A DNA stretch of 64,000 nucleotides from Salinivirgaceae bacterium (lineage in GTDB: Bacteria > Bacteroidota > Bacteroidia > Bacteroidales > SZUA-534): contig JAFXQB010000001.1 of NCBI GenBank assembly GCA_017527435.1, positions 4,696 through 68,695 of the forward strand, in the 5' to 3' direction. The notes beneath the pieces are model-generated. The model saw only the letters and a program-made list of their open reading frames with translations. It made no database searches and was not told where the DNA came from. A program made the translations under genes and the position numbers. Below are positions 9,201 to 16,726 of this stretch, in pieces. How positions within the stretch are numbered: position 1 is the first letter of the stretch; every line of letters starts with the position of its first letter.

Positions 9201-10910
9201 CCATTTATGCGAATCGCCATAAAGCTTGAGCCCCGCCTTGCCGGTGAATTTTTCAGTAACGTGCACTTCGGCGTCAACAGCCAGTCCGGCGCTTTCGCCT
9301 TTCTCGTCTTCAAAACTTTCAATTCCGTTTATCGTGAGCTGGAATCCGGCCACTTTGGGGGTCGTTAGTTTACCTGTCAGCCCCACATGCTCCAAATGAA
9401 ATTTCGTAGGGCTGATGGTCATTCCTTCAAAATTGATGTCGGGCAGAGTCATGTTGTTGTTGTCCTTCTGGTTACCGATGGCAGCATTAACCGATATTAT
9501 TCCGTTCAGACTTAGTTCGGGTTTAACCTTCGAGCTGTCAATTTCAACGGTGATGCGCGAGTCGGGAGTCAGCTTCAACGATCCGCTCAGCATTGGGAAA
9601 TCGGCAGTGTCGGGCAGAACGGCCTCAACCATGTATTTGTTTGCCGATACGTTAAGTTCGGCTTTGTAGTCGAGTAGCGATTTCTGTCCCAACGGCGGAG
9701 CATTGAGCTTGCCGCCAAACCCAACTCCTGAAATCTGATTCTGCAGAATGCCTATCTCAAAATCCTCGATACTGATGTCCCACGAGTTAGGGTCGATTGT
9801 GCCCGTTGCCACCACATTCTGCGCTGCGGCGTTGCACGAGAAGCCCGCTCCATCGATTATGACATTTGAAAGTGTGAGCTTTTTGCGCTCTTTCTTTTTT
9901 GTTTTGTCGTCCGGCTTCTGCTGGCTGGCTTGTGTTTGAGCCTGTGTCTGCTGGCCGTTTTGTGATTGCGCAGCGGATGCGTTGTCGCCGCTTCCCGACA
10001 TAAACTCGGGCAGCGTAACCTCTGCCTGGGTTACAGCAACACCACGCCACATGTTGCGGTCGTCGTCGGTGCCACCACTGAAATAGTTCTCAGGGAACTG
10101 CACCATTGCCGATGTTGATGTGTAACTCTGGTCGAGAGTAGCGCCGTTCAGCTGGAATATGTAATCGTTAAGCCCTTTGACAATAAATTGCTTGTCGAAA
10201 CCGAATGATACCGTATAATCGTCAATATCAACAATATCTGCTGACAAATCGGCTCTCAAACGTCCCGATGGTTTGCCCGAGCCGTCGATGGTTTGAATGG
10301 AGTTGCTTTTCAGAGCAAAGGCTATCTTTGCTGATAGCTTCTCAAAACCGTCGCAGCCAAACTCTACAGCAGTACCCGCCTTGAATATAACAGAAGCTTC
10401 ATTTCCCATTTTCCGCTCACAGGGGGCAGTCAGTTCAAGTCTTCCCTTTGTGCCCACACCATTTTGTCCTTCCACAATGGCGTCGCCGTCGAAGGCGAGC
10501 TTCTGTCCGTTGTCATTCAGCGGAATTATACACGATGCTTTCAGGTGTGAACGGCCTTGGTCGTCACTCACAATCTCGCTAATGCAGATGAGATATTTGT
10601 CAGCATCACCAATACCGACAGGCAGGCTCAGCTCGCTTTTTGTGAACAAATCAGACAGCGATTTCACCGTATTGCCCATTGCCTTCACACTCTCATACAC
10701 ACTCATGGCGCCATCCAGACGGCGCTTCTGATCATCGTTGAGGTTCAATGAGTCGAGCAGTTTCGACACAGCATCTGTGGCTTCTTTGGTAATAAAAGCT
10801 TTCGCATCTTCTGATATATCATTCTGTGCAAAAGCTTGATTAGTGCCCACAGAAAAAAACGACATGAAACATGCCGCAATCAGCACATACAATCTTTTCC
10901 CGAAAAACAT
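6300..10910 (-). CDS. large (1536 aa) secreted/envelope protein of unknown function, directly upstream of the SprB-repeat giant
   Basis: Track ORF 6300..10937 begins at TTG. The first ATG at 10910 gives MFFGKRLYVLIAACFMSFFSVGTNQAFA|Q, a signal peptide. The body is Gly- and beta-strand-rich. Q/K-rich low-complexity linker SGSGDNASAAQSQNGQQTQAQTQASQQKPDDKTKKKERKK at nt 9879-9998. I can name no family motif. Confidence 0.75.
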   Translation of the reverse strand: MFFGKRLYVLIAACFMSFFSVGTNQAFAQNDISEDAKAFITKEATDAVSKLLDSLNLNDDQKRRLDGAMSVYESVKAMGNTVKSLSDLFTKSELSLPVGIGDADKYLICISEIVSDDQGRSHLKASCIIPLNDNGQKLAFDGDAIVEGQNGVGTKGRLELTAPCERKMGNEASVIFKAGTAVEFGCDGFEKLSAKIAFALKSNSIQTIDGSGKPSGRLRADLSADIVDIDDYTVSFGFDKQFIVKGLNDYIFQLNGATLDQSYTSTSAMVQFPENYFSGGTDDDRNMWRGVAVTQAEVTLPEFMSGSGDNASAAQSQNGQQTQAQTQASQQKPDDKTKKKERKKLTLSNVIIDGAGFSCNAAAQNVVATGTIDPNSWDISIEDFEIGILQNQISGVGFGGKLNAPPLGQKSLLDYKAELNVSANKYMVEAVLPDTADFPMLSGSLKLTPDSRITVEIDSSKVKPELSLNGIISVNAAIGNQKDNNNMTLPDINFEGMTISPTKFHLEHVGLTGKLTTPKVAGFQLTINGIESFEDEKGESAGLAVDAEVHVTEKFTGKAGLKLYGDSHKWKFRSAEVGKINVNYEQSAFSIAGGVEFKSGDAVYGKGFRGDMQMKLLKGKLQVAAVGVFGKKDEYRYFLTDAFLETEPANGVKVSFLNFYGVGGGLYYKMQQKKNSLGGDFGKSLSGINYVPDKDVAIGLMARTKFGFSGSDKLMAADVGLEIQFNKDWGVNFIQLRGDATFVCKDLGAGLAQSIKSNMDKIEGASKGVVKFDKSQLDKPKGDGVLRASMGMMFDIQHSVFTSDLKAYLNVGGFLRGTGDNDMMGYANIYVSDNTWYTRIGTPDARCGVELLGIAKTSSYFMMGDSIPGIPALPDEILNSSILSTEQKSKLKNRPDAGLLAQGKGIAMGSSLTLGFDATLKPFYATLNFGMGTEFLLKNYGPNVHCKGSSDPVGINGWYAQAQAWAYGKASVGMKVNLFKKSRDFNIFNGELISYLTGAGPKPFYFSGMIGGNFDVMKGLVKGKFTFDFQIGDTCQMVGGSPFGENVIAQLTPDGGSTDVNVFIAPQLVLNVPANQKMNLDDGCLYRIDIDEFTITNIEGGGNKVVEATMMASEDNRTFTYKLKRPLESQKKHKVTAKVSFKKLNGSQWETVKNEDGTDCIEEKTVEFTSGNRPDYIIPDHVLYSYPADRQYNFYSSEYSEVYLLVEYDYSYLFEEQKPEGYDQVLQLTPFGGTPQTTSFSYAPPRLSTDPAVQFEVYASTAGLKFAPDQIYKLAIVNVPQKIVTKTDVNIKATSAKIEDTRSDMEKTTRSAEGTIEMLETTVIYAANFRTSSYTTFKDKIEKGFEVEEYSGWQIAGPVFKLIANITDKTTKPEIIDYREHDYYNEGKNLMILTPDYANTRWYTDSIAPFLYENPDVEKIVGNKEPPASIGIANIGFLDGQRKLTDSELETGIFNSRYHLGAYNNNISIYIDQEMSDIKTEVANYVRSHTKTQGIDKLFSVEHFPILTRGNYPIIIKYKLLGKSLVTSSMRIDIEY

Positions 10911-11045
10911 TGTTATATATGTGTATGAATGGGGCAATCCCCATCGTTATTAATCAAACAAACTGCACTTTTGCCGCCTTGCTAAAAAGCCGATGAATCA
11001 TATACTTCGAATCGGCGCCATCTCCCCTGGAAATGCATGAATTTT

Positions 11046-11053
11046 CAAATGTA
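11046..11053 (-). promoter_or_regulatory. candidate Bacteroidota -7 box (TACATTTG on minus strand) for the giant locus
   Basis: Plus-strand CAAATGTA is the reverse complement of TACATTTG, matching TAnnTTTG. About 135 nt upstream of ATG 10910. Confidence 0.3.
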
Positions 11054-11352
11054 GTCAATTATATAATATCACCAACATTCCAAGCGTTTTTTTATGACAT
11101 GTCATGTGATTTTTTATGACAACACAACTGTTTTTTCGAAAGATTTGATACCAAAATTGATTACCGGGATTTTGACACAATCCACTTGCCCCTTCCCCCA
11201 CCCCATTCCGTAATTCACGTAAATAGCCGCGGCGGGTACACCTATAACAAATAAAAGTTAGTTTTGCGGAATTGTGAAATTGGCTGCGGTGGCACTTTGC
11301 TGGCTGGCCAATTTCAAAGGTTTTTGAACATATCAATTTGAATTACAATAAA

Positions 11353-12945
11353 ATGGACAAGCAGTTACTATTAGGTGCCGAAGCGGTTGCCGTGGGTGCA
11401 ATCGATGCGGGCATTTCTGGCGTCTACGCCTATCCTGGCACGCCGTCGACAGAAATAACAGAATTCATTCAGAAATCGAAGGACGCGCAGAGCCGCAAAA
11501 TCCGCTCGAAATGGGCGGCCAACGAGAAGACGGCCTACGAAGCCGCGCTCGGAATGTCGTTTGCGGGCAAGCGCAGCATTGTGTGTATGAAGCACGTGGG
11601 CCTGAACGTCTGCGCCGACCCGTTTATGAACTCGGCCATTACGGGCGTCAACGGCGGCCTGATTCTGGTGGTTGCCGACGACCCGTCGATGCACTCTTCG
11701 CAAGACGAGCAGGACTCGCGCGCCTACGGACGCTTTGCGATGCTGCCGCTGCTTGAGCCCGCAACCCAACAGGAAGCCTACGATGCCGTCCGCTTTGGAC
11801 TAGACCTGTCGGAAGCAGTGAAACTGCCTGTTGTTCTGCGTCTTACAACACGTATGTCGCACTCGCGCGCCGTTATTGAGCGCAAAGCGATGCGCGACCA
11901 AAACGCCTTCAACCCCGATGTGAACACGCGTCAGTGGATTCTGCTGCCTGCAATCGCCAAAAAGAACTACGCAGGACTGATTGACAAGCAGACGGCAATC
12001 GAGAAATCGTCGGCCGAGTCGCCGTTCAACAAGGTTGTCGAGGGCAAGGGCAAGAAGGCCGTTATCGCCTTCGGCATTGGCTACAACTACGTGATGGAAG
12101 TCTGCAAGACCAACAACCTTGAGTTGCCCGTTCTCAAGATTTCGCAATATCCGCTGCCCAAAGATATGGTGCAGTCGTTTATCGATAAATACGATGATAT
12201 TCTGATAGTTGAGGAAGGTTACCCGATTTACGAGGAACTGCTTCGCGGATTCTCTGACAACAAGAAATTCCGTGGCCGCCTTGACGGCGCTCTGCCGCGA
12301 ATGGGCGAACTCTCGCCCGACGCCGTGGCACCCGCGCTTGGCGTGAAACCAGTTGTGGGTCAGCCTGTTCCCGACATTATGGTGAACCGCCCGCCCGCAC
12401 TCTGCGTGGGCTGCAGCCACCGCGACCTGTACGAGGAACTGAACAGCGTGCTGTCGGCCTATCCTGGCAAGGCTGTGTTCGGCGACATTGGCTGCTACAC
12501 TCTCGGCGCTCTGCCCCCCTACTCGGCAATCAACTCGTGTGTGGATATGGGCGCGTCGATAACAATGGCCAAAGGTGCCGCCGAAGCGGGTCTGCACCCT
12601 GCTGTGGCCGTGATTGGCGACTCAACCTTCACCCATTCGGGAATGACGGGTCTGCTCGACTGCGTCAACGACAACGTGCAGGTAACTATCATTATTTCAG
12701 ACAATTCGACAACCGCAATGACAGGCGGTCAGGACTCGGCAGGAACCAACAAGATGGTGGATATCTGCAAGGGCCTGGGCGTTGAGCCTGAGCACATTGT
12801 AACGATTGTCCCCGTCAAACCGCGCCTTGAGCAGAATATCGAAATCATTAAGAAAGAGATTGATTACAAGGGCGTTTCGGTTATTCTTGCACAACGCGAG
12901 TGTATGCAGACGCTGGCACGGAAGAAGAAAGCGGCGAAGAAATAA
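11353..12945 (+). CDS. iorA: indolepyruvate:ferredoxin oxidoreductase, alpha subunit
   Basis: Track ORF starts at TTG 11338; first ATG is 11353 (MDKQLLLGAEAVAVGAIDAGISGVYAYPGTPSTEI). TPP-type motifs GDIGCYTLGA and GDSTFTHSG, Cys cluster CVGCSHRD, followed by iorB. Confidence 0.85.
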   Translation: MDKQLLLGAEAVAVGAIDAGISGVYAYPGTPSTEITEFIQKSKDAQSRKIRSKWAANEKTAYEAALGMSFAGKRSIVCMKHVGLNVCADPFMNSAITGVNGGLILVVADDPSMHSSQDEQDSRAYGRFAMLPLLEPATQQEAYDAVRFGLDLSEAVKLPVVLRLTTRMSHSRAVIERKAMRDQNAFNPDVNTRQWILLPAIAKKNYAGLIDKQTAIEKSSAESPFNKVVEGKGKKAVIAFGIGYNYVMEVCKTNNLELPVLKISQYPLPKDMVQSFIDKYDDILIVEEGYPIYEELLRGFSDNKKFRGRLDGALPRMGELSPDAVAPALGVKPVVGQPVPDIMVNRPPALCVGCSHRDLYEELNSVLSAYPGKAVFGDIGCYTLGALPPYSAINSCVDMGASITMAKGAAEAGLHPAVAVIGDSTFTHSGMTGLLDCVNDNVQVTIIISDNSTTAMTGGQDSAGTNKMVDICKGLGVEPEHIVTIVPVKPRLEQNIEIIKKEIDYKGVSVILAQRECMQTLARKKKAAKK

Positions 12946-13097
12946 GGAATGTGTAAAGAGTAAAGGTAAAAGAGTAAAGGCCAAAGAGTTACGAATTATG
13001 AATTACGAACTGATTTCACAAACGTTAATCATTACTCATTAAACATTACACTTTACTCAAAATCAATCAAAAATCGAAAATCAAAAATCGTAAGTAT
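12946..13097 (+). repeat. composite strand-asymmetric intergenic element (copy A) between iorA and iorB
   Basis: 12946-12980 has no C (35 nt, GTAAAG/AGTAAAGG words). The core carries CGAATTATGAATTACGA (12992-13008). 13025-13075 has no G (51 nt). Collinear exact blocks are shared with 38257-38424: a 17-mer, AATCATTAC and ACACTTTACTCAA. Confidence 0.7.
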
Positions 13098-13664
13098 ATG
13101 GAAAGAAACATAATAATTGCAGGCGTTGGCGGACAGGGAATTCTGACCATTGCCACAATTCTGGATATGGCTGCAATGCACGCTGGGCTGAACATTAAGC
13201 AGGCCGAGGTGCACGGAATGAGCCAACGCGGCGGCGAGGTGCAGACTCACCTGCGCATTGCCGACGGCCAAATCTTCTCTGACCTGATTCCAATGGGCCA
13301 AGCCGACCTGATTCTGTCGGTTGAGCCACTCGAGTCGCTTCGCTATCTGCCTTATCTGAAGAAAGATGGCGCAATTGTAACTTCCGACGAGCCGTTCAAA
13401 AACATTGGCAACTACCCCGATGAGCAGAAGGTGCTCGACACCGTCCGCAAATCGGCCGAGAACGTGGTGTTTGTTGATGCCACAAAGATTGCCAACGAGT
13501 TGGGCAACCCCAAATCGTACAACATTGTGATGCTGGGTGCCGCAGCGCGGTTCATTGGCATTAGCAACGCCGATTTTGAGTGGGCCATTGGCAACCTGTT
13601 CGGCTCAAAAGGCCAGGAAGTGGTTGATTTGAACATAAAAGCATTTTACGCAACTACTAAATAA
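13098..13664 (+). CDS. iorB: indolepyruvate:ferredoxin oxidoreductase, beta subunit
   Basis: MERNIIIAGVGGQGILT...HGMSQRGGEV, typical of the 2-oxoacid:ferredoxin oxidoreductase gamma-type/IorB subunit; 188 aa. Confidence 0.85.
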   Translation: MERNIIIAGVGGQGILTIATILDMAAMHAGLNIKQAEVHGMSQRGGEVQTHLRIADGQIFSDLIPMGQADLILSVEPLESLRYLPYLKKDGAIVTSDEPFKNIGNYPDEQKVLDTVRKSAENVVFVDATKIANELGNPKSYNIVMLGAAARFIGISNADFEWAIGNLFGSKGQEVVDLNIKAFYATTK

Positions 13665-13674
13665 TCAAATCGTT

Positions 13675-14979
13675 ATGGAATATTGGAACCAACGAATAGA
13701 GTGTATGGAACGCACCGAGATGCGTGCCCTGCAAACCGAACGCCTGAAACGTGTGGTTGACCGCGTCTATCACAACTGCCAGCCATACCGCGAGCGTATG
13801 CAGGCCGCAGGCGTCAAACCTTCTGACATTCAATCGATTGACGACATTTGCAAACTGCCGTTCACTTCGAAGAAAGACCTGCGCGACTACTATCCGTGGG
13901 GGCTGTTGAGTTCGCCGCTGTCGGACATTGTGAAGATTCACGCTTCGTCGGGAACCACGGGCAAGCCGATTGTGGTTGGCTACACCCGCAACGACATTGC
14001 CGACTGGGCCGAAGCGGGCGCCCGCTGCCTGACGGCTTACGGCCTTGGCAAAGACGATGTGATTCAGGTGTCGTACGGCTACGGACTGTTCACTGGCGGC
14101 CTTGGCGCTCACGATGCATCAATGAACATTGGCGCCGTCACCATCCCAACATCGGCGGGAAACACCGAGAAGCAGCTGCTGCTTATGCACGACCTTGGCA
14201 CAACCGCCCTGGCCTGCACACCATCGTACGCGCTCTATCTGTCGGAATCGCTTGAGAAATCGGGCATTCCGCGCAACGAGATAAAACTGAAAGTGGGCAT
14301 CTTCGGCGCCGAACCGTGGACCGAGGAAATGCGCAAAGAGATTGAATACCGCTTGGGAATCAAGGCATACGACATCTACGGCCTGACCGAGATTTCGGGC
14401 CCTGGCGTCGGATTTGAGTGCGAATGCCAGAACGGCACTCATTTGAGCGAGGATTTGTTCTATCCCGAAATCATCAATCCCGAAACGGGCGAGGTTCTGC
14501 CCGACGGACAAGAGGGCGAGTTGGTTTTCACCACGCTCAACAAAGAGGGAATGCCGCTCATCCGCTTCCGCACCCGCGATATTACCAGCATCACACACGA
14601 GCGCTGCGCCTGCGGCCGCACACTGGCCAAAATGTCGCGCATCCTTGCCCGCACCGACGATATGCTTATCATCCGCGGTGTGAACGTCTTCCCGTCGCAG
14701 GTCGAGGCTGTGCTCTGCACTCTGAAAGAGGTTGAGCCGCACTTCTTCATCACTGTGGACCGCGTCAACAACACCGACACATTCGACATCGACGTTGAAG
14801 TGAAAGAAGAGTTCTATTCTGATATGATGAGCGAGATGGAAAAACTGCGCAAGAAGATTGCTCACGCCATCCAAAGCGTTGTCGGCATCCAGCCGAACAT
14901 CCGCCCCGTGGCACCGAACACCATCGAGCGCAGCCAGGGCAAGGCTAAACGGGTTCTGGATAAGAGGAAGTTTAAGTAA
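13675..14979 (+). CDS. paaK: phenylacetate-CoA ligase
   Basis: 434 aa; adenylate-forming motifs HASSGTTGKPIVV and YGLTEISGPG; classic neighbour of iorAB. Confidence 0.85.
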   Translation: MEYWNQRIECMERTEMRALQTERLKRVVDRVYHNCQPYRERMQAAGVKPSDIQSIDDICKLPFTSKKDLRDYYPWGLLSSPLSDIVKIHASSGTTGKPIVVGYTRNDIADWAEAGARCLTAYGLGKDDVIQVSYGYGLFTGGLGAHDASMNIGAVTIPTSAGNTEKQLLLMHDLGTTALACTPSYALYLSESLEKSGIPRNEIKLKVGIFGAEPWTEEMRKEIEYRLGIKAYDIYGLTEISGPGVGFECECQNGTHLSEDLFYPEIINPETGEVLPDGQEGELVFTTLNKEGMPLIRFRTRDITSITHERCACGRTLAKMSRILARTDDMLIIRGVNVFPSQVEAVLCTLKEVEPHFFITVDRVNNTDTFDIDVEVKEEFYSDMMSEMEKLRKKIAHAIQSVVGIQPNIRPVAPNTIERSQGKAKRVLDKRKFK

Positions 14980-15023
14980 AAGTTTAGATGGTTAGAAGTT
15001 TAGAGTTTAGTTCTATAGCTATA
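14980..15023 (+). other. C-free, stop-codon-dense tail after paaK plus TATAGCTATA palindrome
   Basis: 14980-15012 contains no C (33 nt). TAG occurs in all three frames (14985, 14993, 15001, 15008). 10-nt palindrome at 15014-15023. Confidence 0.6.
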
Positions 15024-15026
15024 AAT

Positions 15027-15058
15027 GAAAAACGGCAGCCGAGTGGTTGCCGTTTTTG
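15027..15058. terminator. bidirectional intrinsic terminator between paaK and the SPFH gene
   Basis: A-run, then stem ACGGCA (15032-15037) / TGCCGT (15048-15053), then T-run. Confidence 0.6.
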
Positions 15059-15076
15059 TTGTAATCTGTTGTGAAT

Positions 15077-16078
15077 TTATTTCTTCGCCTTCTTCTCGGT
15101 TCCTTCAAAAAGCTCCTTCAGCGAGCCGAGCGAACTCAAGACACCTGTTGCTTCGTACGGCATAAAGACGGTCTTGCTGTCTTTGCTGCCGGCCAGTTGC
15201 TCAAAGGTTGAGATGTACTTCATTGCAATCAGGTATTGTGCCGGGTCGAAATGGGCGCTCTGGTCGATGGCTTCGCTTATCAGGCGGATGCTCTTGGCTT
15301 CGGCTTCGGCGACCTTGATTTTTGCTTCGGCTTCGGCTTCGGCACGCAGAATCTGAGCCTGCTTGCGGCCTTGCGCCTGATTGATTTCGGCATCGCGCAT
15401 ACCTTCAGCTTCCAAGATGGTGGCCTTTTTGTGACCTTCGGCTTCAAGGATGGTGGCACGGCGCTCACGCTCGGCACGCATCTGTTTCTCCATCGTCTGA
15501 CGGATTTCGACAGGCGGGTTAATATCTTGAAGTTCAACACGATTCACCTTCACACCCCACTTGTTTGTGGCTTCGTCGAGAATAAGGCGAAGTTTGGTGT
15601 TGATGGTGTCGCGCGATGTGAGCGTCTCGTCGAGTTCAAGCTCACCGATGACGTTACGCAGCGTGGTCTGGGTGAGTTTTTCAATCGCATCGGGCAGATT
15701 TTCAATTTCATATACGGCCTTCACGGGGTCCATAATCTGAAAATAGAGCAATGCGTTGATTTCCAAATTCACATTATCCTTGGTAATCACATTCTGGCGC
15801 GGGAAATCGTAAACCGTCTCACGGATATCGATGCGCGGACGGTCAACAAAACGCACGTACTTTGTGCCGTTGTATTCAGTCACATAGCGCCATTTCACCG
15901 GGCGCGGCTTGTCGATAATCGGCCAAATGATGTTGATGCCCGACGACAACTGCCGGTTAAATTTTCCCAAACGTTCAACGACCATCGTTTCCGACTGTTT
16001 GACGACCTTGAAGCCGGCCATCGCGAAAATCAGGACGAACAATGCTATTACAAATAGCAGAACCAATGTTGCACTCAT
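15077..16078 (-). CDS. SPFH/band-7 (stomatin-like) membrane protein
   Basis: N-terminal TM helix, SPFH core, Ala/Glu coiled coil (RAEAEAEAKIKVAEAEAK). Paired with NfeD 3 nt upstream. Confidence 0.85.
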   Translation of the reverse strand: MSATLVLLFVIALFVLIFAMAGFKVVKQSETMVVERLGKFNRQLSSGINIIWPIIDKPRPVKWRYVTEYNGTKYVRFVDRPRIDIRETVYDFPRQNVITKDNVNLEINALLYFQIMDPVKAVYEIENLPDAIEKLTQTTLRNVIGELELDETLTSRDTINTKLRLILDEATNKWGVKVNRVELQDINPPVEIRQTMEKQMRAERERRATILEAEGHKKATILEAEGMRDAEINQAQGRKQAQILRAEAEAEAKIKVAEAEAKSIRLISEAIDQSAHFDPAQYLIAMKYISTFEQLAGSKDSKTVFMPYEATGVLSSLGSLKELFEGTEKKAKK

Positions 16079-16081
16079 TTT

Positions 16082-16519
16082 TTAACTGTTTTTTGGTTTA
16101 ACATAAAGTATGATACTGTCGATTTTAACCACTTCGACGGGTGTTCCGGCGGCAATTTCAGAACCGTCGAGCGTGCGTGCCTGCCACACAACGCCGTCAA
16201 GGCTGATTGAACCCGAATCGCAGTCGATTTGCTCCTTTGCCTTTGTCACGCGGCCAATCATCGCGTCGGAATTGGTTGGCGCGCCTGTTTTGTCGAGCCA
16301 GCGCAGCACCACCGGCCTGATGGCGAACATTGTGACTGCCGTACCGCAAATGCCGATGAAGAGCAGCCAGGATGCCGAATCGGTGACTAACGAAGCTAGA
16401 CCGGCACAGAAGAACCCGATGCCGACCGAGCCCGCCACAAACGACGGTGTGAAAATCTCGATGATGAACATCAGCACCCCGATGATGAAAAGCAGGGTTG
16501 TCAAATTCATAAAATCCAT
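16082..16519 (-). CDS. NfeD-family membrane protein
   Basis: 145 aa; hydrophobic N-terminal half plus a soluble C-terminal beta domain; canonical NfeD-SPFH operon pair. Confidence 0.75.
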   Translation of the reverse strand: MDFMNLTTLLFIIGVLMFIIEIFTPSFVAGSVGIGFFCAGLASLVTDSASWLLFIGICGTAVTMFAIRPVVLRWLDKTGAPTNSDAMIGRVTKAKEQIDCDSGSISLDGVVWQARTLDGSEIAAGTPVEVVKIDSIILYVKPKNS

Positions 16520-16673
16520 AATAGTAGTTTTAAAAAATTGATATTTAACACGGTATCACCGCACTTGCGCCGGCGGCGAAACACTCAAACAAGGTAGTGA
16601 AAGTTTTGGCTCGCACCACAAACCGTTGAAAAAAAATGACCAACGCGCGAACATTGCCGGCACCACCTAATAC

Positions 16674-16708
16674 AAAAAAAGCCCGCGATTAGGTTCGCAG
16701 GCTTTTTT
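16674..16708 (-). terminator. intrinsic terminator downstream of the lipoprotein gene
   Basis: A7, then stem GCCCGCGA...TCGCAGGC (one mismatch), then T6. On the minus strand it reads as a hairpin followed by T7. Confidence 0.55.
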
Positions 16709-16726
16709 GTGGCTCCAAGAGCGGCT

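Noticed and set aside
11055-11336. 93-aa minus-strand ORF in the divergent intergenic region
   Set aside because: The product is Cys/His/Arg-rich and of odd composition. The ORF spans promoter-like and repeat sequences and has no plausible promoter of its own. It is more likely non-coding.
10938-11337. Invertible (phase-variable) promoter upstream of the giant locus or of the glycopolymer operon (34880-35006)
   Set aside because: I found no pair of ~15-30-bp inverted repeats bracketing a promoter-sized segment, and there is no recombinase gene in the window.
11371-16541. Multiple antisense or alternative-frame ORFs within iorA, iorB, paaK, SPFH and NfeD (e.g. 11800..12597, 14119..14874, 15236..16057, 16110..16541)
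   Set aside because: They overlap genes with strong family signatures. Long antisense open frames are expected in GC-rich, codon-biased regions.
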